Position numbers and translations under genes: made by a program. The notes beneath the pieces are model-generated. The model was not told the origin of the DNA. It was given only the letters and a program-made list of their open reading frames with translations, and ran no database searches. A stretch of 64,000 nucleotides of DNA from the human T2T-CHM13v2.0 reference genome, Homo sapiens, in the NCBI RefSeq assembly GCF_009914755.1, contig NC_060947.1. The stretch is one strand, 5' to 3'. Positions 1 through 14,875 of the stretch are shown piece by piece. The stretch's first letter is position 1. Every line of letters starts with the position of its first letter.

Positions 1-859
1 CTCTTTGTGTCACTGATTTCTGATTCAGGGTCTAGAATGGGTGCATCTGATTGACCCAGTCTGGATCATGTGCCCACACCCTCAGAGGGAAGATGGGAAA
101 GTAAATGTCTCATAATTGTAACTTCCATGATAGGAGGCAAATCTTGCTTTCTATCTAGATTCAAAAGGTAGAAAATTCGCAGACATGGTAAATGGGCCTA
201 TTACAGAAATACTTTTTTATTATAACAATATTTTGGTAAAATTGTACAATACATGGTGTTTTGCTGGTCCAGCCCTTCCACAGTATGGAAAGATTGAAGG
301 AACCAGTAAATAACATCCCAAAGGCAATAGAACTGGGATCAACTTTAGACATTGGCATCTTCTAGTCTAGGCCTAGCCATTACCTCCATTGTCTTGACTG
401 TCCCACTTGCTTATTGCACCTTCAGCAATCTCTAGATAAATAGCAAATGTCACCAGAAAGACTGAGGCCAATAGTTACAGTAAAGGGCATAGAAAAATCT
501 AAAGGTACATAGTCAAGCATACAGGTATGATTCCTCTGCTTCTCCAACAATTTGACATATGATAGTCTCTGCTATACCCAAGAGGCCGCTTTGCTAGGCT
601 TTTGGCTCAGATAGGCTGCTTTCATTAGTACGTTTCACCTGCCTTATATTTCTGCTTCTTAATTCCCACCTTGTCATCATATATGGACATTCTGCTTTGT
701 TAGTTGTTCACTTAATGCCACCTCCTCAGCTAGAATTACATTGCTGGAAATTCACTGAAGTAAAATATAGATTTCTCAGGGCAATAGTAGGCAGTTTAAA
801 GTTCTATATCTCTCACAGAGCTCTGTGGATGACATATATGAAGCAACCAGGAAGGTCTT

Positions 860-1275
860 GAATAAGAAGACCCTTGCGTAGCACAGTGGTTTTAAATAAC
901 ATCTGTGTAACTCCACATTTTACATCCGTAGCTCTGATCTTCCACTGAACTTTAGACATAGACATGTGAGTGGAAATATCAAGTAAGCAATCGGATATAT
1001 AATAAACATCAAATATGCAACATGGCCAAAGTAGACCTGTTTTTCTCCAAGTGTTCCCTCTCACAATGAAGGATGCCAGGTTAAACACCCCAAACACTGC
1101 TGTTCTCATTAAGGTTCAATAGGTTTTCTTGAATGAATGCTTTTCAAATTGTTCCAAACCTTTTATTAACTATAAGACTTTGGAAAAGGTTGATTTTCAT
1201 AAATTGGTAATATTTTCATTGCTTTGCTAGAAGAGCAGATTTATGGAGGTTCCGTTATGGAAGTTCTGCCATTGT
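860..1275 (-). mobile_element. Ancient L1M 5'-end fragment
   Basis: Resembles old L1M 5' UTR antisense (gaaaaggttgatttt...ttcattgctttgctagaagagcagatttatggaggttcc); heavily diverged. Confidence 0.45.
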
Positions 1276-1484
1276 CTATGTTGTTTGGCTGTACCTAGTA
1301 CAAGAAATATGAAGAAATGAATCTATTAAATCATTGCGTGCATTAAAAAGCTTGTTAAAGTTATATTATCATTTTAATGTTGAGATTTCATTTTCTAAAA
1401 GCTCATTTAGAAAAATTTTACATTCATAAATAATATATTTTCTGAAGTTTTCTTTTCTTGTAATCAATTTGATTTTGGGACTTG

Positions 1485-3671
1485 AGTCATGCTGGCTTCA
1501 TAAAATTAGTTGGGAAGTGTTCCCTTCTCTGTTATCTGAATGATGCTATGTAGAATTGGTGTTACTTTTCTCTATAAATTTATTGAATTTGCCTGAATTT
1601 TTGTTTTCAGATTTTTAACTAAGTATTCAATTTTTAAAATAGTCACAGACTATTTCAGCTACCTATTTATTCTTGAGGGAGTTTATATAGTTTGTGTTTT
1701 TGTTTTAGAAATTGGCCCATTACATCTAAGTTGTCACTTTACATGTGTATATTTGTGCATACTCTTCCATTATTATCCTTTTAAACTAAAAATAAAACTA
1801 CCATACAATCCAACAATCCCACTATGGGTTATTTATCCAAAGAAAAGGAAATCAGTGTTATCAGAGGGATACCTGCACCCGCATATTTATTGCAGCACTA
1901 TTTATAATAGGCAAGATATGAAATCAACTTAAGTGTCCATCAATGGATGAATGGATAAAGAAAACGAGGTATATATTCTCAATGGAATAGTGTTCAGCCA
2001 TAAAAAGGAACAAAATTTTGTAATTTGCAGAATCACGGATGGAACTGGAGGTCATTATGTTAAGCTAAATAAGCCAGGCACAGAAAGATAAATACTGCAT
2101 CTTCTCACTCTTATGTGGGGGCTAAAAAGTTAATCTCATGGAGGTAGAGAATGCAATGATAGTTACCAGAGGCTGGGAAGAGTGTGTGGTGGGGTGGGGC
2201 ATGAAGAAAGGTTGGTTAATGGATACAAACATACAGGTAGGTAAAAGGAATATGTCCTTATGTTCGATAGCAGAGTAGAGTGACTATAGTTAACAACAAT
2301 GTATTGTATATTTCAAAACAGCTAGAAGAGAGAACTTGAAATGTTGCCAACACATAGAAATGATAAGTGCTTGAGATGATAGGTATCCTAAATATCCTGA
2401 TTTGATCATTATACATTCTATGCATGTAACAAAATGTCACATGTACCCCATAAATATGTAAAAATATTACATAACAATAAAACAATTAAATCTGTATGAC
2501 CTAAAGTAATATTCTCTCATTCTTGATGATGATAATTTGTGTTCTCTTTATTTTATTCTTGCTACAGGCTTGATGATTTTATTAATCTTTTCAGAAAGAC
2601 TGCTTTTGGTTTAATTGATTCTTTGTTACTTTTCTTTTCATATTTTATTGATTTCTGCTCTTACAGTTATTATTTTTAAACTCTGCTTTAATTTTGCTTC
2701 TTGTTTTCTGCTCATGTAAGGGGGAAGCTTTAGATTACAATTTTCAGATTTTCCTTTTTTTCTAACATAGACATTTAATGCTGTAGCTTTCCATCTAAGT
2801 AATACTCTAGCTGCATGGTGCACATTTTATATGTTGTAATTTTATTTTTGTTCAATGCTAAATATTTTCTGATTTTGATTGAGACTTTCTTTTTGTCCCA
2901 TATAAGTATGTCATTTAATTTCCACATGTTTGGAAATTTTCCTGTTATCATTTTGTCATTGATTTTAAATTTAATTATGTTAAATTTATATCTGAGAACA
3001 TGCTTCATATATTTCAATTGTGTTACGTGTGCTAAATTTTGTCTCATTACCTAAAATATGGTCTGTTTTGATGAGTATTGCATGGACACTTGAATTTATA
3101 TTCTATTGTTGAGTGAAAAATTCTATGAATGTTGATTAGATCCAGTTTGAAACATCATTCATTTATTCTACATCATTGCTGATTTTCTGTCTGTCTATCA
3201 CTAAGAAAAGCATGTTGAAATTTCCAGGTATAATTGTGAATTGATTTGCCTATTTCTCCTTTTAATTCTGCTAGTTCTTGCTTTATTTGAAATTGTGTTA
3301 TTACTGGCATACACATTTAATTTACTGTGTAGATTGATTTGTCTGATTCTGCTTTTAGTTCTGTTCTTGCTTTATTTGAAATTCTGTCATTAATGGCATA
3401 CACATTTTATTTACCATGCCTTCTTAATGAAAAACCATTTTATTATTGCATAATGTTCCTCTTTACTCTTGTAAAATAGTATTTGTTTTGCAGTCTACAT
3501 CTACTTTGTCAGATATTACTACAGTCACTCCAGCTTTCTTGATTTTTGTTTTCATGGTGTATCTTTTTCCATCCTTTTATACTTAACCTATCTATAATTG
3601 AAGTGAATTTCTTGTATATAATGTATACTTCAGTCATTTAAAGAAATCTAATCTGACAATCTTTGTCTTTT
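1485..3671 (-). mobile_element. Old L1M ORF2 fragment (antisense), interrupted by L1MA at 1783-2485
   Basis: gctggcttcataaaattagttgggaagtgttcc and T-rich antisense ORF2; ORF 2775-3047 has L1-like GKFPNMWKLND. Confidence 0.8.
1783..2485 (+). mobile_element. L1MA-type 3' end (5' truncated)
   Basis: ORF2 C-terminal region (ccatacaatccaacaatcccact) plus L1MA 3' UTR ending cacatgtaccccataaatatgta...aataaaa. Confidence 0.9.
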
Positions 3672-4293
3672 AAGGAAAGGGTGACTGAAAACCCAGTAGG
3701 AGAGCTTTGTGGCATTTTCACTTACCCTTGCCTGATCCCCCTTTCCCTGGCTCAGTGGCAGTCTGGAAGATGTCAGCCCACATTCCTGTGGTGGGTTTCT
3801 GGTGCCAGAGGAAGCAGTATGAACTTGTTCTAAAGAAGTATGGTTTTCTGTTTTGACCTGTTGGGTGATTCTCTGAAGGAGTAACACAAAGGCCTTATCT
3901 TTACGGAACCTAACCAGGAATTCTCTCAGGGAAGAGAAGCAACTGTAAAAGAAGAATTTGTTTAAAGCATTTAGAAATAAATGAACTGGCTGCTGTGACC
4001 TGGGGCAAAAGATATCAATTAGGGGCAAATAATAAACATATTAAGAATACTGTGAGAACAATCTAGGAAGGAAGATGTCTTGGAGAATAAAGGCTTTGAG
4101 AAGCTTCCACATGTTCCTCAGAATTTAGGAGGTCATATACATGCCTGTGGCAGACTGCTCAGAAAAAAAAAAAGGCACTAAGCTTTGAGCTCTGTCTTCA
4201 AGCTCTACACAAGCAGGAAGCGAAGGTGCAAGAATAGTTGTAAACTGCCTGGGAGAATGTGGAAAGCATGCCTCAGTGCGCTCCCGTGTGCGC

Positions 4294-4294
<1 letters not shown>

Positions 4295-4326
<32 letters not shown>
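4295..4326. repeat. (CA)n microsatellite
   Basis: Perfect CA run of about 16 units. Confidence 0.98.
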
Positions 4327-4328
<2 letters not shown>

Positions 4329-5547
4329 AATCTAGCTTCAAGATTGGAAATTTGGTTTTTGGCTTCAGGAATTTAAAGAAATCTCTATCAAATCACTAGC
4401 TGATCACTAAGCTAAAAGAACAGAGAATTTAGGAAATCACACATGACAAAGACTAGAATAGTTTAGGAAACTCATCAAACGAAAAACCAGAACCCACAAA
4501 ATGCAGCAAAACTAACCCTGGTAAGGGAAGGAGAATTGGATTTTCATGTAATAATATACAAAATACCCATTTTTTGATTAAAAAAATTATGAGGTATGCA
4601 AGAAAGCAAGGGGGGATGACCCATTCACCATAAAAAAAATAAGTGAACAGAAACTGTCCATGAGGAAACACATACATTGAATTTACTAGACTTATACTTT
4701 AAATCAACTGTCTTAATTAAGCTCATTGAGTTAAAGGAAAACATTGGCAAAGAACTAAAGGAAATCTGGAGAACAAGGTCTCACCAATTAGAGAATTTTT
4801 AGTAAAGGGATAGAGATTATACAAAGAAACTAAATAGAAATTCTGGAACAAAAAGTATAACTGAAATGAAAAATTTACTACAGGTGTTCAGTATGAGATT
4901 TGAATAGTCAAATGAGTCAGTGAATATGAAGATGAGTCATTTGGAATTTTCCAGTATGGCAAGTGGAAAAAAAATGAAGAAATATGAATAGTTCTAAAGG
5001 GAACTGCAGGATAATGTAAAGCATACCAACATATATATGTTTGAAGACATAATGGCCAAAAGTTTTCCAAACTTGATAAAGGACATGAATCTACACATTC
5101 AAGAAGCTCCACAAACTTCAAGTACCATAAATTTAAAGAGACCATACTAAGATACGTTGTAGTAAAAATGTTGAAAGCAACAGCAAAGAATCCTGAAAAC
5201 ATCAAGAGAGAAGTGACTCCTTGCATACAAGTTATCCTTAATAAGATTAACTGCCAATTTTTCTTCAGGAACCATGGAGGTCAGAAAGCAGTGGAATGAT
5301 ATGTTAAAGTGGTAAAAGATAAGTTTGTCAACCAAGAGTTCTACATCTAGCAAAAATATCCTTCAAAAATGAGGGAGAAATTAGGACATTGCAAGATTTT
5401 TATAAAAGTTTGCCACTTGCCCTACAATAAATCATAATCTAAGTCTGTTAGGCTGAATGGAAAGGACATTAGACAGTAACTTTAAACCGTAAGAAGAAAT
5501 AAAGAAAACCAGTAAAGGTAGCTACATATGTATTTTGGGTTGCTGGT

Positions 5548-5985
5548 GTCCTCTCAAAAGTTATATTGCAGTCCTAACTCCTAATATATTAGAATGTGAC
5601 CTTATTTGGAAGTAACATCATTGCAGATGTGATTAGTTAAGAAAAGATTCTTCTGGTGCAGCGTGGGCTTTTAATGCAATGAGTGGTGTTCTTATAAGAA
5701 AATGTTGTGTGAGCACACAGGGAGAGTGCTATGTGAAGGTGAAGGCAGGAAATGGAGTAATGCATCTACAAGACAAGGAACACTAAGGATTACAAGCTGT
5801 CACCAGAAGCTAGAAGAGAGACATCAGATAGATTCTGTCTCAGAGTCCTCAGAAAAAACCAACATGGATGACACCTAGATTTCAGATTTCTAGCCTCCAA
5901 AACTTTGAAGAAAATGAACAGAGTATAAATTTCTGTTGTTTTAAGCCACCCAGTTTATGGTAGTTTGTTATGGCCACACAGTGTC
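5548..5985 (+). mobile_element. MLT1 (MaLR) solo LTR
   Basis: agaatgtgaccttatttgga...ataaatttctgttgttttaagccacccagtttatggtagtttgttatggc. Confidence 0.9.
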
Positions 5986-6032
5986 TGGTAATTTGTCATA
6001 GTAACCTATCTATGTTTAATAGGTAGATATAA

Positions 6033-6421
<389 letters not shown>

Positions 6422-7542
6422 TAAAACAATAACTATAAATATATGTTGATAAGAATGCAATATATAAAGATGCAATTTGTGATAATAACAACATAAAGGG
6501 GTATAGATGGAGCCTTATAGAAACAGATCTTGTGTAATAGGAAAGCTAAGTTGGTATTAATACAAACTAAATGGTTACACATTTAAGATGTTAACTATAA
6601 TCCCCAGGGTATCTAAGAAAATAACTTTAGAATGTAGAGAAAAGGAAATGAGAAGAAAATTGTCACTCTATAAAAAAATCAAACACAAAAGATGGTAGTA
6701 ATGGAGAAAATGAAGGGCAAAAAGTATAAGATATGCAGAAAACAAATAGCAAAATAATAGATATAAGTACTTATAAGTAATTACTTTAAATGTAAATGCA
6801 TTATTCTCCTCAATTAAAGGCAGAGATAGACAGAATGGATAAATGAAACAAACATGATCCAACTGTGTATTGTCTATAAAATGTATACTTTAAATATAAA
6901 GGAAAAAATAGTTTGAAGTAAAAGGATTGAAATAGCTATTCCATGCAAATAGTAACCAAAAGAGGGCTGGGATGGCTATAGTATTATATCAGATAAAATA
7001 GACTTTAAGTAAAAATTGTTAAAAAGACATAAAAGGATAGTATATATTTTTAAACAGGTCAATTCTTCAAGAAGATGTGCAATTTGTATACTTGTCTAAG
7101 AATAGACAGTTCTACAATAATAGTTGGAGACTTCAATACCACACTTTCAATTAAGGATAGAGCAACTGGACAAAAGTCAATAAGGAACAGAGATTTTGAA
7201 TAACACTATATACCGACTAGATCTAACAGACTATACCAAACAACAGCTGAATACTTAAGTGCACATGAAATATTCTCCAGGATAGATAATATTTTAGAAC
7301 ACAAAATTAGTTTCAATACATTTAAAATTATTGAAATCATGCAAAATATGTTTTCTAACCACAACGAAATAAAAATAGAAATCATTAACAGAAGAAAAAT
7401 GGAAAAATCACAAATACGTTGAAATTAGCATGTGTCTGAACAACTAATGGGTCAAAGAAGTAATCACAAGAGGAATTAGAGAATTAAACATAAATGAAAA
7501 TGAAAAGACAACATACCAAAACTCATGGGATCCTGCAAAAGC

Positions 7543-8350
<808 letters not shown>

Positions 8351-8382
8351 AAGCAGTTCTCAATAGAAAATGTCTAGCTGTA

Positions 8383-9211
8383 CCAACAGACATATGAAAA
8401 AATGCTCATCTTCACTGGTCATCAGAGAAATGCAAATCAAAACTACAATGAGATACCATCTCAAGCCAGTTAGAATGGCGATCATTAAAAAGTCAGGAAA
8501 CAACAGATGCTGGAGAGAATGTGGAAAAATAGGAACACTTTTACATTGTTAGTGGGAGTGTAAATTAGTTCAACCATTGTGGAAGACAGTGTGGCAATTC
8601 CTCAAGGATCTAGAACTAGAAATACCATTTGACCCAGCGATCCCATTACTGGGTATATACCCAAAGGATTATAAATCATGCTGCTATAAAGACACATGCA
8701 CATGTATGTTTATTGTGGCACTATTCACAATAGCAAAGATTTGGAACCAACCCAAATGTCCATCAATGATAGACTGGATTAAGAAAATGTGGCACATATA
8801 CACCATGGAATACTATGCAGCCATAAAAAAGGATGAGTTCATGTCCTTTGCAGGGACATGGATGAAGCTGGAAACCATCATTCTCAGCAAACTATGACAA
8901 GGACAGAAAACCAAACACCGCATGTTCTCACTCATAAGTGGGAGTTGAACAACGAGAACACATGGACACAGGGTGGGGAACATCACCCATCGGGGCCTGT
9001 TGGTGGGTGGGAGATTGGGGGAGGGATAGCATTAGGAGAAATACCTAATGTAAATGATGAGTTGATGGATGCAGCAAACCAACATGGCACATGTATACCT
9101 ATGTAACAAACCTGCATGTTCTGCCTATGTACCCTAGAACTTAGAGTATAATAAAAAAAAAAAAAGAAAAAGAAAAATAAGGTCACGTGCACTGGCCTAG
9201 ATAAAAAAAAA
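8383..9211 (+). mobile_element. L1PA (PA5-like) 5'-truncated insertion with extra 3' segment
   Basis: ORF2 C-terminus ([20 protein letters not shown]), 3' UTR, polyA; TSD gtctagctgta at 8372-8382 and 9212-9222. Confidence 0.96.
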
Positions 9212-11659
9212 GTCTAGCTGTAAACACCCTCATTCCAACAGAAAAATTATCTCAAGTCAATAAGCTAACTTTAGATTTTGAGGAGCTAGGAAAAAAAAGG
9301 AAACTGAGGCCACAGCTAACAATAGAAGAAGAGATGGTTGAAATACAGAACATAAAAATACAGGAAATCAATGAATTCAAAAGTTGGTTCTTTGAAAAAA
9401 TCAACAAAATTTACAACTAATAATAGCTAAACTGACCAACAGAAGACACAAAGAAGTAGAATCAGAAATGAAAGTGGGGTATTACAACTGAATCAACAGG
9501 AATTAAAAAGATTATAAGAGAATACTATGAAGAAATGCATGCTGATGTGACAATGCAGATGAAATGAACGTATTCCTAGAAACAAACTACCAAAACTGAC
9601 CCAAGAAACAGAAAATCTGAACAGACCTATACCAAGTGAACAAATTGAATCACCAATCAAGAAGTAAAAGCCCAGAAGCAAATGGCTTCACTGGTGAGTT
9701 CTACTGAACATTTAAAGAAGAATTAACACCAATCCTTCTCTAACTCTTCCAACATATAGAGGAGAAAACCATTTCTAATTCACTATGTGAGGCCAGCATT
9801 TGCCTGAAACCAAAACAAGACAAAGACATTGTAAGAAAAAAAAAGTGCTGGTCAATATCCCAAATCAATACAGATGCAAAACTCCTCAACAAAATACTAG
9901 CAAACCAAATCCAACAGCATATTTAAAGGATTATTACCACGACCAAGTTGGATGCATCCCACAAATGCAGGGGTGGTTCAATATACAAAAATCAATGTAA
10001 CCACATTAATAGAATGATGGGGGAAAAGCACATTATTTCGATTGATGGAAAAAATGTATTTGACAAAATCCTGCACTGTTTCATGGTAAAAAACAAAACA
10101 CTCAAAAAACATGGAGGGCAATTTCCTCAACATAGAGCATTTATGAAAAACCCACAGCTAACATCAAACTCAATAGTGAAAGTATGAAAGCTTTTCCTTT
10201 AATGTTAGAGATAAGACAAGCATGCCTGCATTTGCCACTTCTATTCAATGTCATACTGGAAGTTCTAGCCAGGGCAATTAGGCAACACAGAGAAATAAAA
10301 GGCATCCAAATTGGATAGAAAAAGTTTAAACTATCTCTATTCACAGATGACATGATCTTATATATAGAAAATTGTGATGAATCCTCAAAATACGATTAGA
10401 GCTAATAAAAATACGGCAAAGTTGCAGTATAATAAATCACACTACAATCAGTATTTCTATACTCAAGCAATGAACAATACAAATAGGAAATTAAGAAAAT
10501 AATTCCATTTGAAGTGGCATGATAAAAAATACTTAAGAATAGGTTTTAAAAATGTACAAGGCTTGTACATAGAAAACTACAAACATTGATGAAAATTTAA
10601 AGACATACAAAAATGGAAACTAATCCTGTGTTAATGGGTTTGAAGGCTTAATATTGTTAAGATGGCAATACTCCCCAAAGTGATGTACAGATGCAAGGCA
10701 ATCCTATCAAAATCTCTATGACCTCTTTTGCAGCAATGGAAAATCTCATCTTAAAATTCATGTGTAATTGCAAAGGACCCTAAATAGTCAAAGCAATCTT
10801 GGAAAAAAAAAAAAAACAAAGTAGGAGGACCCACAGTTCCCAATTTCTAAACTTACTGCAGACTATAGTAATCAAAACAGTGTGATACTAGCATAAGAAT
10901 AAACATGTAGATCAATGGAATAGAATTGAGAGTTCAAAAATTAAACCAATACACCTATATCAATTCATTTTTTGAAAAGGATGCCATTATCATTAAATTG
11001 AGAAAGAATGTTTTAATGTATGATATATACTGTATGTATATACTAATAGGATACACACTACTCTGAATCTCCGGAGAATTCTAAGACATATAAATGTCCA
11101 ACGAGCCTATCAAAAGATACTCAACATCATTAATCATTATGGAAATGCAAATCAAAACCACAGTGAGATACCACTTTATACTCTCTGGGATGGGTATAAT
11201 ACAAAGAGGGAAATGTTAAGTTTTGGCAAGGATGTGGGGTAAATTGGAACCTTTATACCACTGCTGGTGAGAATATAAAATGGTTCAACTGCTATGAGAA
11301 ACAGTGTAGAGTTTTCTCAATAAGTACAACATAAAATTACCACATAATCCACAAATTCCAATCCTGGTGTTACACCCATAATACTTGAAAATAAGTATTC
11401 AAAGGAAACATGTACACAGATGTTCATGGTAGTTCTATGCGCAATAAGCAAAAGGTGGAAACAACACAAATGGCCATGAACTGATATGTGGATGAACAAA
11501 ATATGGCATATCCTACAATGGGATATTCAACCATAAACGTGAAGTATAGATGCATTTACAACACGGATAAACCTTGAAAACATGCTAATTGAAAGAAGCT
11601 GTACACAAAATGGACACATAGTGTACAATTCCATTTGTATGAAATATCCAGAATAGGAG

Positions 11660-12352
11660 TATATAGTAGGAAAAACACAAACTATCTGTTCTACTATTCT
11701 CACAATACTCACAATAGTTTTGACACCACGTGTATGTTTCCCATACTAAGCAATTCTCCAGTGGACACCAACTGAGTGACTACAATTCAATTCTGACATC
11801 ATCTACCTGGAGTCATATTCCATCGCTTAAGAGCTCATTCCCACAAAACTGTCTTCACTTTAGAGGCCAATTGCAATTCTGGGCTTCTGGAACTGCTAAC
11901 ATACTGGCTGTAAATAGGGGATTCCTACAATTCCCCCCTCAGGTTCAATCATTTGCTATAGTGGCTCACAGAACTCGGGAAACACTTAATACTGCTGATT
12001 TATTACAAAGGGTATTTTAAAGGATACAAATGAATAGCTAGATGAAGAGATACATAGCGCAAGGTTCAGATGAGTCCTGAGCACAGGATCTTCTGTCTTC
12101 ATGCCACCCTCCTGGTATGTGGATGTGTTTAGGACCCCAAAAGCTCCCTGAACCCAGTCCTTTTGTGTTTTTATGGGGGCCTCATTACATAGGCATGGTT
12201 GATTAAATCATTGGTCATTGGTGATCAATTCAAACTTCACCCTTCCTATCTTCCTGGAGATCACTTTGGAGATTCCAAGGATTTTAGGACCAGTGAGCCA
12301 GGAAATGGGAATGAAGACCTAATATAAATTTATTATAAGTTATAATATTACA
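11660..12352 (-). mobile_element. MER21-family LTR
   Basis: ctacaattcaattctgacatcatctacctggag motif; related in inverted orientation to 56015-56925; splits the L1 3' UTR. Confidence 0.75.
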
Positions 12353-13436
12353 ATGAGAAATCCATAGAGATATAAAGCATATTAGTGGTTGCCAGGTACT
12401 GGACTGGGGCAAAAAGAGAAAGGGAAATGACTTTAATGGGTATGGGGTTTCCTTTTGGGGTAATGAAAATGCTCTGGAATGAGAGTAGTGATGGCTGCAC
12501 AACATTTTGAATTTGCAAAATACCACTGAATTGTACATTTTAAAATGGTAAATTTTCTGTTATGTGTAGCTTATCACAATAAGAAAAACGGAGGGTGGTT
12601 TTGGCCTGTAGTCCCAAGCTTGGTGACCCTTGCTCTAGGTATTTAAAAATGTATATTTGACTTTCACAATCTACCTAGATGCAATGTTTTACTATTCTAT
12701 TTGGAATGTTGAAGCTGTCATTTTATAGGTTCCTTTACCCTGCTGTCTTTATGCTAATTGTCATATATATACATATACTGAAAACTCATCAGACATTTTT
12801 ATGTTCGTTGCTGTTAAATACAATTTTTTAAAATGCAAGAAAAGTGGCCTATCATGTTTACCCAATTGATTGCTGTTTCTTTTATTCTTCCTTCATCCCC
12901 AATGTTCCACATTTCCTTCAAGGTAACATTTTCTTCCTGTCTGAAAAGGCTTTTTCACAATTCTCTTAATGCATATCTGCTGGCTATAAATTCTCTTAGA
13001 TTTATTTTATCTGGGAACATCTTTATTTCACATCTTTCCCCCTGAACATTATTTCACTGGATATAAATTTGGAATTGATAGATCTTTTCTTCTTTCATTT
13101 GAAAAATGTTGTGCCACTTCTTTCTGGCTCCTGTGGTTTCTGATGACAAGTCCAAAGTCATCTGAATCCTTTCTTCCCCATATGCAATGGACCATTTTTC
13201 TCTGGCTATTTTCAAGATTTTTCGTGTGTGTCTTTAGTTTTTGGCAATTTGATTAGGATATTTCTTGGCATGAATTTCTCTTGGTTTATCTGTTTGAGAT
13301 TTGCTCAGGTTCTTGAGTGGGCAGGTTTATACCTTTGCCAAACTTGGGAAAATTTATTCCATTATTTATTCAAAAATTTTTTTTCAGCAGCACTGTCTTT
13401 CTTCTCTCTTTGTAAGGCTCTGAGAATGCAAATGTT

Positions 13437-14280
13437 TAAAAAGTGGGCAAAGGACATGAACATATGCTTTTCAAAAGAAGACCTACATGCAGCCAATGAG
13501 CATATGAAAAGAATGCTCAACGTTGCTAATCATTAGGGAAATGCAAATGAAAACCAGAATGAGATACAGTCTCACACCAGTCAGAATGGCTACTATTAAA
13601 AAGTCAGGAAATAACAGATGCCGGCAAGGTTGCGGAGAAAAGGGAACACTTATACCTTGCTGGTGGAAATTGTAAATTAGCTCAGCCATTGTGGAAAGCA
13701 GTTTAGTAATTTCTCAAAGAATTCAAAGCAGAATTACCATTCTACCCAGCAACTCCATTATTGGGTTCATACCCAAAGGAGTATAAATCATTCTACCACA
13801 AAGCCACATGCATGTGCACGTTCCTTACAGCACTACTCACAATAGCAAAGACGTAGAGTCAACCTAAACGCCCGCCAATGGTAGACTAATAATGACAATC
13901 TGATACATATACACCATGGAATGCTATACAGTCATCACAAAGAACAAGATTATGTGCTTGGAAGCAACATGGCTAGAGCTGGAAGCCATCGTCCTAAGCA
14001 AACTAACACAGGCAAAGAAAATCAAATACCTCATGTTCTCACTTATAAGTGGGAGCTAAAAATTGAGTACATATGGACACAAAGAAAGGAGCAACAGACA
14101 CTGGGGCCTACTTGAGGGTGAAGGGTGGAAGTGGGGTGAGGATGGAAAAACTACTTATCGGGTACTATGCTTATTACCCGGGTAATGAAATAAACTGTAC
14201 ACCAAACCCCCGTGACACACAATTTACCTATACAACAAACCTGCACATGTACCCTTAAACCGAAAATAAACGTCAAAAAA
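13437..14280 (+). mobile_element. L1PA15/16- or L1PB-type 3' end
   Basis: aagtgggcaaaggacatgaac...gggtactatgcttattacc...ccaaacccccgtgacac...aaaataaa. Confidence 0.9.
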
Positions 14281-14389
14281 ACCCCAGCAAATATATATTG
14301 GTAAAACAATCTTTGTAAACTTGTAAGTTTATATTTCCTTATTCTTTTGTAAGTAGTGAAAGGCGAACTGTTTTTTCCTCTGGAAACAA

Positions 14390-14875
14390 AAAAGATGTTG
14401 GCCAGGGCCCAGTTTTCCTTTGGAGGCCTGACTGGTGTTAGGTCTGTTTCTGAGTTTACTCTGGTTGTTAGGATCTACTTCCTTGTGTCTCTTAGGCTGA
14501 GGATCATGATTCTTATTGATTACCAGTTAGAGGACATGCTGAGCTCCTACAAGCTGCTCTGGAATTCCTTACCACATAGCCCTCTCCATAAGCTGCCTCA
14601 CAACATGGAAACTTGCTTCTTCAAAGCCAGCAAGAGAGAAAGACAGCAAGTCTAGCAAGATGGGGTCTTTCATCACAGGAGTAGCATCCCATCACCTCTT
14701 TCATATAACGTAGCATAACCATGGGAGTGACATTCCATTATCTTTGCTATATTCTATTAATTAGAAGCAAAGTCACAGATCTTTCTCACATTCAAGGGGA
14801 GTATGTTATACAAATGCATACATAACAGGAGGTGGGGATCATGGAGTCCACCTTAAAGTCTGTTTGCCACACCAA
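14390..14875 (-). mobile_element. Old MLT1-type LTR
   Basis: tattctattaattagaagcaaagtcacag...aggaggtggggatcatggagtccacctt. Confidence 0.65.
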
